This document shows positions 19,172 to 28,376 of a DNA stretch of 64,000 nucleotides, one piece after another (the first letter of the stretch is position 1; every line of letters starts with the position of its first letter). Where the stretch lies: positions 21,960-85,959 of the forward strand of contig JAMPAB010000001.1 in the NCBI GenBank assembly GCA_023667435.1. The letters are read 5' to 3'. Position numbers and translations under genes: made by a program. Source of the DNA: Corallococcus sp. (GTDB lineage Bacteria; Bacillota; Clostridia; Christensenellales; CAG-314). Under the pieces are notes generated by a model. It searched no databases. It was not told the DNA's origin and saw only the letters and a program-made list of their open reading frames with translations.

Positions 19172-19804
19172 CTAACTAAGATGCGCGCGACGCATTATTT
19201 TGACGGTTCCGATAAAGCAACCACGCATAAGCAAATCGTAAGGGACTACGACAAGCTGCGCCGCTCCGAGCAACCAGTATATCGCTTTGCTTTCTACAAG
19301 CGCGTTGAAAACGTCCTTTGTAAACAGGTAAACGAACAACACGGTCAATCCTAACGCAACTTCGAGCAAAACAAAGTACAGAATCCATTTGACCGCTTTG
19401 GGCAAACACGTCTTGCCGTCCAACTTTACGGCAAATACAGTACGGTCGTCGCCCTGATTAAACGGATCTTCCAACACTTCTCTTTCCTGCAGCGAAGCAG
19501 TAACTTTAAGCGATTCGCCGTAAGCTTTGACAATGGAAAACGGCATACAAAACGCAACGATGGGCATTACGTACAACACGTTGGCAATGCCTATAAAAAG
19601 ACCCAACGCTCCGCTCACAATCAGTATCAACACAGAGTAAATCCAGTTTCGACAGTCCAGCAAGACGGGAACTGCAACCGCAACGGACGCTATCGCCGCG
19701 CAGATTAAAACGACCCACTTTACAAATCCCGCAAGAGCCAAACAGCCGACCGCTACCGCCGCGCAAACGCCGCTTAACGCTATCAGTTTTGCTTTGTCGT
19801 TCAT
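19172..19804 (-). CDS. Integral membrane protein of unknown function, about 5-6 TM segments.
   Basis: Hydrophobic segments are spread through the 210 aa. The start codon lies 1 nt after the stop of the J-like gene, which implies co-transcription. Confidence 0.6.
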   Translation of the reverse strand: MNDKAKLIALSGVCAAVAVGCLALAGFVKWVVLICAAIASVAVAVPVLLDCRNWIYSVLILIVSGALGLFIGIANVLYVMPIVAFCMPFSIVKAYGESLKVTASLQEREVLEDPFNQGDDRTVFAVKLDGKTCLPKAVKWILYFVLLEVALGLTVLFVYLFTKDVFNALVESKAIYWLLGAAQLVVVPYDLLMRGCFIGTVKIMRRAHLS

Positions 19805-19805
19805 A

Positions 19806-20429
19806 TCAGCAACCGTTTCCCATACAGCTCATACAGTTACAACAGGTATTGCACAGCAAACAGTCCATACACGAACTTCCCGTGCAGGTACCGTTTCCCG
19901 CGCCGACGCGCGGTCCGTCGTCCATAGGTCTGGACGTAGTACGCAATTGGTCGGGACTTATCGTATTGGACGCGAGAATTTTCGTTAACTTTTCCAAACT
20001 CTGTTTATAGCGGGCGTTGTTAGGGTCTATCTGGCAAGCCAGTTCAAGTTGCTTTTTGCTTTCCAAAAACCAATTACGCTTGTAAAACAAAATAGACTGC
20101 ACGTAATGCCATTCGGCGTCGCGGGTTTCGCGTTCGTCCAGTAATGCCTGCGCCTCGTCCAGCTTGCCTTCGGAAATCAGATTCTGTATGGCAGAGTAAC
20201 TGTCGTCCGATGCAAAATCGTCCGCCTGTTTGCTTTCCTCTATCGACAGAAGAATATCTCTGTACGCCACTTCTATCTGTTGAAGCTTTTCCGACGCTTC
20301 TTCGCCTTCTTCGCCCGGCAAAAATCTGTCGCGCTGATATTTGTCGCGCAATTCTTTATAACGGGCGTCTATTTCTTCGCGACTTGCAGAAGCAGTCAGT
20401 CCTAATATTTCGTATGCATTGTAATCCAT
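19806..20429 (-). CDS. J-domain-like protein with a degenerate HPD motif, a TPR-like middle region and a Cys-rich C-terminal tail.
   Basis: The N-terminus YEILGLTASASREEIDARYKELRDKYQRDRF matches the J-domain helix I-II pattern, but QRD replaces HPD. The tail is GNGTCTGSSCMDCLLCNTCCNCMSCMGNGC. Confidence 0.75.
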   Translation of the reverse strand: MDYNAYEILGLTASASREEIDARYKELRDKYQRDRFLPGEEGEEASEKLQQIEVAYRDILLSIEESKQADDFASDDSYSAIQNLISEGKLDEAQALLDERETRDAEWHYVQSILFYKRNWFLESKKQLELACQIDPNNARYKQSLEKLTKILASNTISPDQLRTTSRPMDDGPRVGAGNGTCTGSSCMDCLLCNTCCNCMSCMGNGC

Positions 20430-20440
20430 TTTGTTCTCCG

Positions 20441-21286
20441 CTAGTTGTATTTTGCCAACACGCTCTCCGTTTTATTCCTGATACTTTCAAACAATACGTT
20501 TTTGAGTATACAAACGTACTTGCTTAAATTCAAATCGTTAAACGACTGGGCAATTCTGTTCAATACCGAGTACATTTCGAATTTGATTTCGTCAACGTAC
20601 GAAGATAACTCTTTTGCCGACGAAACGCCGTAGCTTTTGACAAACACGTTGTAGTTGTGTTTTTTTACGTCCTTTTCCGCATCGTCCAGCGCGTCGATAA
20701 GGTAAATCCATTTGCCCAGATTGTAACAGAGGGTTTCGATATGCTCCGACGAACGGTCTCCCAAAATAATTTTGCAGAATTGCTGCGAAAGAAGCGCAAA
20801 CGAGTGAGCCACTCTGTCTAAACTGTTACAATCGGATTGCTCGTATTTGCGCAATTCGTCATAACGAACGGACAACGTCTCGTCCAGCTGCGGCAAAGCG
20901 TTCTTCGCCTTCGAGTACGCCTTTTTCAGCGATTTAAGAAGCGTCCGTTTTGCAGTGCCGTTACCGTCCACTACGTCGTCGTAAACGTTCCAGTACGTAA
21001 GCAGTATATTTGCCGCCGCAAGACTGTCGGTCAAACCCGTCGTACAAAGAATAGGTCTCTTTTTGAAAGGGTGCGAAAAGCAATGCTTCTGCTCTACTGC
21101 GACATCCGTTTCCGTAACGGAATGAAACAAAACGTTAAACAGATTTACGTCGTTGGAAATAAACGCGCGCGGAAAGTTTCCGTAAAATTGTTTCGTTGAC
21201 ATACACAGTCCGCACATAAACGTCTGCCACAGTCCGCGCTGTCCGTCCTGAAGCGTTTCCTTTTCGATATCCAAATATCCGAACAT
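20441..21286 (-). CDS. DUF5685-like protein of uncharacterised family.
   Basis: The N-terminus MFGYLDIEKETL...FMCGLCMS resembles the family as I recall it. The protein looks all-alpha and has two Asp-rich motifs, YDDVVDG and IDALDDAEKD. Confidence 0.65.
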   Translation of the reverse strand: MFGYLDIEKETLQDGQRGLWQTFMCGLCMSTKQFYGNFPRAFISNDVNLFNVLFHSVTETDVAVEQKHCFSHPFKKRPILCTTGLTDSLAAANILLTYWNVYDDVVDGNGTAKRTLLKSLKKAYSKAKNALPQLDETLSVRYDELRKYEQSDCNSLDRVAHSFALLSQQFCKIILGDRSSEHIETLCYNLGKWIYLIDALDDAEKDVKKHNYNVFVKSYGVSSAKELSSYVDEIKFEMYSVLNRIAQSFNDLNLSKYVCILKNVLFESIRNKTESVLAKYN

Positions 21287-21288
21287 AT

Positions 21289-22293
21289 TTATCCGATACG
21301 GGCAACGAGCCCCACTTTGCGATAAACCTTAGAGAGAGTTTTTCGCGCTATGCGTTCGGCGTTTTCGGCGCCTTGCTTTAAAACGCTTTCTAGATAGCTC
21401 TTATCCGAGCAAAGACGTTTGTATTCCGCCTGAATAGGTTCGATAACCGCAATGACGGAGTCGGCAACCGCAGTTTTAAATTCGCCGTAGCCCTTGCCGA
21501 CAAACCGCTTTTCGGCATTCTGTATGCTTTCGCCGCTGCACAGACTGTAAATCGTAAGCAAATTCGAAATCGCGGCTTTGTCTTCGCCGAACCTTACTTC
21601 CGTTTCGCTGTCCGTCACGGCGCGCTTAAACTTACGCGCAATAGCGTCCTTATCGTCCGTCAGCGTCACCGTAGCGTTGTCGTTGGGGTCGGATTTACTC
21701 ATCTTTGCGGACGGGTCCTGCAAGCTCTTGATGCTGGCGCCTTGCTTAAACATATGAGCTTCGGGAACGGCAAACGTATCCGAATAACGGTTGTTGAACC
21801 GTATGGCCAAATCACGCGCAAGCTCCAAATGCTGCGTCTGATCTTTACCTATGGGGACGAGGTCCGTTTGATACAGCAATATGTCGCTTGCCATAAGTAC
21901 GGGATAGTTCATAAGCCCCATATTTATATTATCCGCGTGCTTTCTTGACTTATCCTTAAACTGCGTCATTCTGTTAAGCTCGCCTATGTAAGCTATCGTA
22001 TCGAGTATCCAGGCAAGCTCTGCGTGCTCGTGGACGTGAGACTGAATAAACAGCGAGCTTTTGTTCGGGTCTATGCCGCAAGCAATGTACAACGCCACAA
22101 GGTCAAGCGTATTTTTGCGAAGTTCCGCAGGCACTTGCGTTACCGTTAACGAGTGCAAATCCACAACGCAGTAAAGACAGTTATAATCGTCTTGCAAAGG
22201 GCCCCAGTTACGAATCGCTCCCAAATAATTTCCCAACGTTATTTTTCCCGTCGGCTGTACGCCCGAAAAAACCGTCTTCTTTACGTTCTCCAT
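21289..22293 (-). CDS. trpS: Tryptophan--tRNA ligase.
   Basis: Class I aaRS. The N-terminus FSGVQPTGKITLGNYLG occupies the HIGH-region equivalent, and KMSKS is present. The length of 334 aa fits. Confidence 0.95.
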   Translation of the reverse strand: MENVKKTVFSGVQPTGKITLGNYLGAIRNWGPLQDDYNCLYCVVDLHSLTVTQVPAELRKNTLDLVALYIACGIDPNKSSLFIQSHVHEHAELAWILDTIAYIGELNRMTQFKDKSRKHADNINMGLMNYPVLMASDILLYQTDLVPIGKDQTQHLELARDLAIRFNNRYSDTFAVPEAHMFKQGASIKSLQDPSAKMSKSDPNDNATVTLTDDKDAIARKFKRAVTDSETEVRFGEDKAAISNLLTIYSLCSGESIQNAEKRFVGKGYGEFKTAVADSVIAVIEPIQAEYKRLCSDKSYLESVLKQGAENAERIARKTLSKVYRKVGLVARIG

Positions 22294-22324
22294 GACTGCG
22301 CCTCCTTTACATAGATTATTATTA

Positions 22325-22354
22325 ATTTTAACACGCCGAATGCCGTTATGTCAA
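22325..22354 (-). promoter_or_regulatory. Sigma-A-type promoter for trpS and the three genes downstream of it.
   Basis: On the minus strand: TTGACA, a 17-18-nt spacer, TTAAAAT (TAAAAT), about 30 nt upstream of the AAGGAGG RBS. Confidence 0.45.
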
Positions 22355-22533
22355 TATTTTGATAATATTGCCCGTAATCCGATTAACGGTAAATGCCGTA
22401 TTTATGCCGACGGTCTATATCTAACAGCGCCGTTAACAGATATAAAATCTCCGTTTTGCCGTACGCAAGCAATAAAAAAACGGCTTCGCTCGGACGCACC
22501 CGATTGAAACCGTATTTTACCGAACTGCAAAAA

Positions 22534-22965
22534 CTATCTTGTAGCTTTAACGGCGGCATCAGTTCCCGTATACAGAATTGCTCCGCTGCGAACCACGTTA
22601 GACTCGCCCTCGAATTTTATATGCAAAAGATTTTCTATCGCAGTAATATTCTCCTGCGCCTTTTCTACGGCGGACTTTGCAGTTGCCGCATCTTTGCAGT
22701 AAATTGCAATTATACTTTGAGTTTCGCCGTTGTCGTCTTTTTTGCTTGCGACTATAATGTTTGTTACGTCTTCACCGTCCAGTCCAATAAGCACTGCGGC
22801 TGCGCCCGTAGATACTGCACCCGTCATATTAGTTACAGTGTAGCCGTTCTTTTTCAACGACGCTTCCGCTTTAGCGGGATCGCTGTTGGGTCCGCAGGAG
22901 ACCAAAACGGCAAAACTTAAAACGACCAATAACATTACTGCCGTAATTTTTACGATTTTTTTCAT
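22534..22965 (-). CDS. Small lipoprotein of unknown function.
   Basis: Signal peptide with lipobox VLVSC; 143 aa. On the minus strand it is followed by a hairpin plus T7 run around 22470-22512. Confidence 0.6.
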   Translation of the reverse strand: MKKIVKITAVMLLVVLSFAVLVSCGPNSDPAKAEASLKKNGYTVTNMTGAVSTGAAAVLIGLDGEDVTNIIVASKKDDNGETQSIIAIYCKDAATAKSAVEKAQENITAIENLLHIKFEGESNVVRSGAILYTGTDAAVKATR

Positions 22966-23429
22966 TCCGTTTCCTCCGAAAATTTTATTGCGCGCCGCGA
23001 TGACGACGCAGTATTATTTTATTAAATTCGGCGGTTAAAGTCAACGCAAAACCGCGCAAATTTCAATAATAAAAAAATAGATAAATTTTCGCGTTTTACG
23101 GCAAAAAGCTTTCCTCCGTGTAAAAAAATAAGGCAATAATTTTCCGCAAATTACGCGCTTTTCGTAATTCCGTCTTTTGCGCAAAGCGTACTGACGTTCA
23201 ACGTTTTGCCGACGTAACTTGACCGAAACTCCGCAATCGCCGCGTCGGAAAAGCTACAATTTCAATTACATACCGAAATATATTGTTTTCATCCCGACGT
23301 TTAACAAAATTTCAAAATATCTTTTCGGACAAAAAGACTGAATTAAGCACAATGCCGAACTCGGTCTTTTACAAGACCGATAAATATCGTTTGATTTATT
23401 TGCGACTTTTAAAGCGCGGTTCCGCAATT

Positions 23430-23470
23430 AAAATCGAAAAACGGTTCCTTCTGCGTAAAGAAAGAACCGA
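23430..23470 (-). terminator. Rho-independent terminator after cysK.
   Basis: On the minus strand: CGGTTCTTT-ctttacgcag-AAGGAACCG followed by TTTTTCGATTTT. Confidence 0.5.
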
Positions 23471-23480
23471 AGAAACGAAT

Positions 23481-24401
23481 TTATTTAAGCTTATTTAACA
23501 GACTTTCGTACCTGTCGTCGCCGTCGGGAAAAACCGTTACGATGTTTTTGCCTGCGTATTGCGGATTTTGCGCGTATCGAATTGCTACGGCTATATTGGC
23601 GGCGGAGGATATTCCGCAACAATATCCCTGCCTGTTGTTTAGCGTTTGAAACATTTCGAGCGCCTGTTCGTCGGTAACCAATTCCACGCAGTCCGCAAGC
23701 GAACCGTCGTAGATAGAGGGAACAAAACCCGCTCCGATACCTTGAATTGCGTGCGAACCTCTTTCTCCGCGCGAAATTACGGGACTTGAGGCAGGTTCTA
23801 CCGCCACAATCTTGCACGAAGGGTAAACTTCTTTCAATCTTTTTCCTACGCCGATTAACGTACCTCCCGTGCCTACTCCCGCAATGAAAACGTCTACTCT
23901 GTCAAGCTGTTGCAAAATTTCTTCGGCGGTCGAGATGTAATGCGCTTCGACGTTGGAGGGATTGTCGAACTGCTTGAGCCAAACGTGTCCTTTCTCTTCA
24001 GAAAGACGTTCAGCAACGTCTATCGCGCCTTTCATTCCCAACGCGCCCTCAGTCAAAATAAGCTGCGCGCCTAAGCCTTGCAGCAGCGTTCTGCGTTCGA
24101 CGCTCATAGTATCGGGCATAGTGAGGACCACGTTGTAACCCATGTTTAATCCTACGTAAGCAAGAGAAATCCCCATGTTTCCGCTCGTAGCCTCAACAAT
24201 GGTACTTCCTTTACCGAGCAGACCTTTTTCCTCAGCGTCTAAAATCATAGCAAGCGCCGCTCTGTCCTTGACGCTGCCGCTTGCATTCATTGCTTCGTTT
24301 TTAACAAAAATATCCGCGTCAAAATCTTCCTCGTAAGGGATAAGAGGCGTATTTCCGATACCCAGTTGAGATGCGATACTTTTGAATAATTGCCCGTTCA
24401 T
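23481..24401 (-). CDS. cysK: Cysteine synthase (O-acetylserine sulfhydrylase), PLP-dependent.
   Basis: The PLP-lysine context SVKDRAAL, the block TSGNMGISLA and the loop GVGTGGTL were read. The length is 306 aa. Confidence 0.9.
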   Translation of the reverse strand: MNGQLFKSIASQLGIGNTPLIPYEEDFDADIFVKNEAMNASGSVKDRAALAMILDAEEKGLLGKGSTIVEATSGNMGISLAYVGLNMGYNVVLTMPDTMSVERRTLLQGLGAQLILTEGALGMKGAIDVAERLSEEKGHVWLKQFDNPSNVEAHYISTAEEILQQLDRVDVFIAGVGTGGTLIGVGKRLKEVYPSCKIVAVEPASSPVISRGERGSHAIQGIGAGFVPSIYDGSLADCVELVTDEQALEMFQTLNNRQGYCCGISSAANIAVAIRYAQNPQYAGKNIVTVFPDGDDRYESLLNKLK

Positions 24402-24426
24402 AACAATAGATTCGTTTCCTTTTACA

Positions 24427-26859
24427 TTAACCTAATATCAGGTTAACTAATCTGTTAGGTATAACTATAACTTTCTTTACGGCGGCGCCGTTAAGCAGTT
24501 CCTTCACCTTTTCATCGGCAAGCACAAAGTTCTCTACTTCTTTTACGCTCAACGAAGTGTCTACCGTGATACGGGTTTTGGGACGGCTGTTGAATTGTAC
24601 CAAAATTTCGATTTCGCTTGTTTTAAGCGCTTTTTCGTCGTACACGGGAAAACTCGAGGTGACTATACTGCCCTTATGTCCCGTTTGCTGCCACAGCTCC
24701 TCGCAAAAATGCGGCGCAAGAGGACAAAGCGTTTTGAGTAAGTCGTCTACCGTTGCGCGATAAAGCTCGGCATTTTTAACCGCTTTTTGATCGTATTTGC
24801 TAAGCGCGTTGACAAGCTCCATCATACGCGCGACAGCAGTATTGAAAGAAAATTCGCTGTAGTCGTTGTCGGTAGCTTTTATGGTATTGTGTCTTACGCG
24901 ATTAAGTTCGCGTTCTTCCGCGCCGAATTCGTTATTCGAAGGATACGCCCCGTACGCGGCGAGAACGTAACGCTCGACCCTGTCTAACCACTTATTGATT
25001 GCTTTTATTCCGTCGTCGTTCCAGGTACCGCCCTCCGTGTACTTAAAGCCGAAAGCGAGGTAGCAACGGAATACGTCCGCGCCGTAAGCGGAAACGAATT
25101 CGTCGGGAGACACTACGTTGCCGTGAGATTTGCTCATTCGGTTGCCGTCGGGACCCAGTATAACGCCCTGATGGACCAACGACTTAAACGGTTCGTCGAA
25201 GTGCAGATATCCCATATCGCGTAACGCTTTCGTGATAAATCTTGCATACAGCAAGTGCATGCACGCGTGTTCCGCGCCACCTACGTACTTATCTACGGGC
25301 AGCATTTTGTCGACCTTTTCGGTATCGAAAGGTTTGTCGGCATTTTTGGAATCGACGTATCTCAGATAATACCAACTGCTGCAAACGAACGTATCCAACG
25401 TATCGGGATCGCGCGTTGCGCGGGCTCCGCATTTGGGGCAGGTAACGTCATGGATAAACTTGTCGTGTTTGGCAAGCGGCGACGTGCCGTCGGGTTTAAA
25501 CTCCACGTCGTAAGGAAGCATAACGGGAAGATTTTCATCCAAAACCTCTCCGCATTCGGGGCAGTAAACGATGGGAATGGGCGCACCCCAGTAACGCTGA
25601 CGCGATACCAGCCAGTCGCGCAAACGGTAATTCGTGGTAAGCTTTCCCTTGCCCGTTGCGGCAAGTTTTTCTACCACCGCCACTCTGCCTTTCTCGGTAG
25701 ACATTCCGTCGAATTCGCCGCTGTTTACCATTACTCCGTATTCGCAGAAAGGCAAGCTGTCGTCAACGTCTGCCGAAGCGCCTTTAATTACTCTCTTTAT
25801 TGCCAAACCGTGTTTATTTGCGAATTTGTAATCGCGCGCGTCGTGCGAAGGAACGCCCATTACCGCGCCCGTGCCGTAGCTTGCCAGCACGTAATCGCCT
25901 ATCCACACTTCCACTTTTTCCCCGTTGATCGGGTTGATCGCATACGCGCCCGTAAACACGCCCGTCTTGTCCTTAGCGGTAGACAGACGTTCTATTTCGT
26001 CGGTTTTGGCGACTTCCTCGCAATAATGCTCCACTGCGGATTTTTGCTTGGCGGTGGTAATGCGCTTGACAAGCTCGTGTTCGGGAGCAAGCACCACGTA
26101 AGTGCAGCCGAACAACGTATCGGCGCGCGTAGTAAATACGCTGAAACTTCCGCTTCCGTCCGCAAGATCGAATACGATTTCGCCGCCGACGGATTTTCCT
26201 ATCCAATTGCGCTGCATTGCTTTGGTTTTTTCGGGCCAGTCGATTGTATCCAAACCTTGAAGCAATTCTTCGGCGTACGCGGTAATTTTGAAGAACCACT
26301 GCGTAAGGTCTTTCTTGACAACCTGACTTTCGCAACGCTCGCAATGTCCGTCCACTACCTGTTCGTTTGCAAGCACCGTGTTGCAACTCGGGCACCAGTT
26401 GACGGGAGCTTTCTTTCTGTAAGCAAGTCCTCTCTTATACAACTCGCAGAAAATCCACTGCGTCCACTTGTAGTAATCGGGCAAGCAGGTTTTTATCTCG
26501 TGATCCCAGTCGAACATTGCGCCTATGTTGCGTAATTGCCGCTCCATTACTTCTATATTATGCAAAGTGCTATCCTGCGGATGAATACCGGTTTTTATGG
26601 CGTAGTTTTCCGCAGGCAGACCGAAGGCGTCGAACCCCATAGGCTGAAAAACGTTCTTGCCTTTCATAATCTGATATCTTGCGAAGCTGTCCGTCAATCC
26701 GTAATTATACCAGTGACCGACGTGCAGCTTTGCTCCGCTGGGATAACTGAACATTTCCAAGACGTAATACTTGTTGTCAACGTCCTTTTCGTTGAATTTG
26801 TATACTTTGTTCTTTTCCCAAAGCTCGTTCCATTTTTTTTCGACTGCTACCTTGTCCAT
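24427..26859 (-). CDS. leuS: Leucine--tRNA ligase.
   Basis: HVGHWYNY (HIGH-type) and KMSKSHGN (KMSKS) are present. The zinc/CP1 region contains CPSC and CERC. The length is 810 aa. Confidence 0.95.
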   Translation of the reverse strand: MDKVAVEKKWNELWEKNKVYKFNEKDVDNKYYVLEMFSYPSGAKLHVGHWYNYGLTDSFARYQIMKGKNVFQPMGFDAFGLPAENYAIKTGIHPQDSTLHNIEVMERQLRNIGAMFDWDHEIKTCLPDYYKWTQWIFCELYKRGLAYRKKAPVNWCPSCNTVLANEQVVDGHCERCESQVVKKDLTQWFFKITAYAEELLQGLDTIDWPEKTKAMQRNWIGKSVGGEIVFDLADGSGSFSVFTTRADTLFGCTYVVLAPEHELVKRITTAKQKSAVEHYCEEVAKTDEIERLSTAKDKTGVFTGAYAINPINGEKVEVWIGDYVLASYGTGAVMGVPSHDARDYKFANKHGLAIKRVIKGASADVDDSLPFCEYGVMVNSGEFDGMSTEKGRVAVVEKLAATGKGKLTTNYRLRDWLVSRQRYWGAPIPIVYCPECGEVLDENLPVMLPYDVEFKPDGTSPLAKHDKFIHDVTCPKCGARATRDPDTLDTFVCSSWYYLRYVDSKNADKPFDTEKVDKMLPVDKYVGGAEHACMHLLYARFITKALRDMGYLHFDEPFKSLVHQGVILGPDGNRMSKSHGNVVSPDEFVSAYGADVFRCYLAFGFKYTEGGTWNDDGIKAINKWLDRVERYVLAAYGAYPSNNEFGAEERELNRVRHNTIKATDNDYSEFSFNTAVARMMELVNALSKYDQKAVKNAELYRATVDDLLKTLCPLAPHFCEELWQQTGHKGSIVTSSFPVYDEKALKTSEIEILVQFNSRPKTRITVDTSLSVKEVENFVLADEKVKELLNGAAVKKVIVIPNRLVNLILG

Positions 26860-26884
26860 ACCAGACCTCGCAAAAAATATTTGT

Positions 26885-27169
26885 TAGCCATACAGTAGTC
26901 GAACCTGCAAGGTTTTGACGGCGTAATGCGCACGTCATACTTCGTCAAGCCGTACTCACAGTACGTCCGGTACAGTTTCGCACGTCTTTCCTCGTCTAAC
27001 AGCGCATTACATCCGTCAAAACTACTGCGTACCTACGGGGTGTAGATTGTGCGCTATTGGCATCATTGCGTTGCAAAGGCGTACTGTATGTACGTTAGAG
27101 CAACGGAATGGGTCAAGAGCGCGCAGGATATGCTTCGTAGGCTTGTAGTGTTCGATTGCTGTATGGCTA
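26885..27169 (-). promoter_or_regulatory. Highly structured leader RNA of about 285 nt upstream of leuS, class unassigned.
   Basis: The minus-strand 5' segment TAGCCATACAGcaatCGAAC (27169-27150) pairs with GTTCGactaCTGTATGGCTA (26904-26885). A second long-range helix pairs 27019-27002 with 26931-26915. An irregular hairpin of about 150 nt lies between them. See findings. Confidence 0.5.
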
Positions 27170-27171
27170 AA

Positions 27172-27200
27172 ATTGTAAGACAATAACGGGTTTTTGTCAA
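27172..27200 (-). promoter_or_regulatory. Near-consensus sigma-A promoter driving the leuS leader.
   Basis: On the minus strand: TTGACA, a 17-nt spacer (aaaacccgttattgtct), TACAAT. The -10 element ends 2-3 nt before the first paired segment of the leader. Confidence 0.6.
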
Positions 27201-27367
27201 TAAAATCGTTTAAACTTCCGTACTCGCCGCAAACGGCTACCGTAACCGCCGTCCGCAAGGCGCCGAAGCGTTGCTGTTTTTTGCAACGCGCTCCACTGCC
27301 GACTTACGTAGTTAAACGTACCTTTAAAAACACAAACTGCAAAATTAAAAGTTAACGCAAATCCGAT

Positions 27368-28264
27368 TTATACAAACAACACGTCGTTCAGTCCCAATTC
27401 CGCTACGTCGCGGTTATACTTAACAACAGTGTTAAGCAACCGACGCGGCAAGTCCGCGTTCTGTTTTATTATGTTGCCCAGCTCGCCGTACGGAAACGAA
27501 TGAGGAAACTTGTCGTTGCCCACTTCTATCGTAAAGGAGGGAATGGAAAACTTGTCGATACACCAGTCCTTATAGCCGCCCGCGCTTCCGAGATTTTCCA
27601 CCGACCTGTAACCGGTAAATTCGGAAATAGCTTCCGCAAATCTTTTGTCGCGAAAACGACGATGAGACTTCTGTCCGAATTCCCAGTATATTTCCTCGCC
27701 CTTTAAATGGTACGACAGCGTAACGCAAGGTTTTATCCGTTCGGTAAATTCCGCAAGCGCCCGAGTTTCGCGCGCGGAAAACGGTTCTCTGCCTACGTAG
27801 TTTTCGGGCGCCTTATAAAAAACATTATGTTCGCCCTCGCCCCATTTCGCATCGAAATTTACGTTTAAGTCTACGCCGTCCGCATTTGCTTTCCACAAAG
27901 AAAAATCTGCGCCGTTGTTAATTGCAAGCAAGTTGCTTTTTCTCTGCTTATCACGTATAAAGCCGACGCCCTCCTGACACAGTCTTACGCCGTCGGGGTT
28001 GGTCATAGGAATAAAATATATTCCGCCGTCCAAACGTAATCGAGGATTTTTGACGAGATGCTTCGCCAAACACACCACAAGCAACGCGGTCAAATGCTCG
28101 CGCGCGTGCATTGCTCCCTGAACTATCATATAATTGCCGTTTTTGACGCCTGTAAATATGTAGGGAATACGCTGCCCCAACTCGCTTTCGCCTACTACGC
28201 CCGTTTCTACGCCGTATTGACAAAACCGCTGCGTTTCATTAAGTAAATCGTCGTAATAAAACAA
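27368..28264 (-). CDS. M14-family zinc carboxypeptidase, resembling gamma-D-glutamyl-meso-diaminopimelate peptidase.
   Basis: The zinc ligand motif appears in VQGAMHAREHLT (HxxE). Length and overall pattern fit M14. Confidence 0.75.
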   Translation of the reverse strand: MFYYDDLLNETQRFCQYGVETGVVGESELGQRIPYIFTGVKNGNYMIVQGAMHAREHLTALLVVCLAKHLVKNPRLRLDGGIYFIPMTNPDGVRLCQEGVGFIRDKQRKSNLLAINNGADFSLWKANADGVDLNVNFDAKWGEGEHNVFYKAPENYVGREPFSARETRALAEFTERIKPCVTLSYHLKGEEIYWEFGQKSHRRFRDKRFAEAISEFTGYRSVENLGSAGGYKDWCIDKFSIPSFTIEVGNDKFPHSFPYGELGNIIKQNADLPRRLLNTVVKYNRDVAELGLNDVLFV

Positions 28265-28376
28265 TTTCCACTCCTATTGCGTTAGTAATAGAATATGCGA
28301 AAATTGTCCGATATGTACGAAAACGAGAACTGAAAAGAAAAAACCGCCTAAAACGAACCGTTCGGCGGCGGAGATT

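Noticed and set aside
22294-22533. The expectation of a T-box (Trp specifier) leader upstream of trpS.
   Set aside because: I found no GGGUGGNACCGCG-like sequence and no stem I features. The interval instead contains a terminator for the upstream lipoprotein gene. It also contains a good promoter only about 30 nt from the RBS, leaving no room for a T-box.
23283-23498. A 71-aa plus-strand ORF downstream of cysK.
   Set aside because: It overlaps the cysK terminator and the cysK stop region, it is a K/R-rich low-complexity sequence, and it has no RBS.
26885-27169. Assigning the leuS leader to T-box, RNase P RNA, tmRNA, SRP RNA or 6S RNA.
   Set aside because: Partial look-alikes exist: GAGGAAAGACG, AGCGCAC and AUGGCUAAC. 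They occur in the wrong order for RNase P. There is no UGGN T-box bulge, no tRNA-like end with CCA, and no GGAAGGAAGCAG SRP domain IV. At about 290 nt the element is too long for 6S RNA. It is kept as an unassigned structured element in the findings.
27022-27258. A 78-aa minus-strand ORF upstream of leuS.
   Set aside because: It starts upstream of the mapped promoter and runs through the structured leader. It has no RBS, and its composition is unlike the real proteins here.
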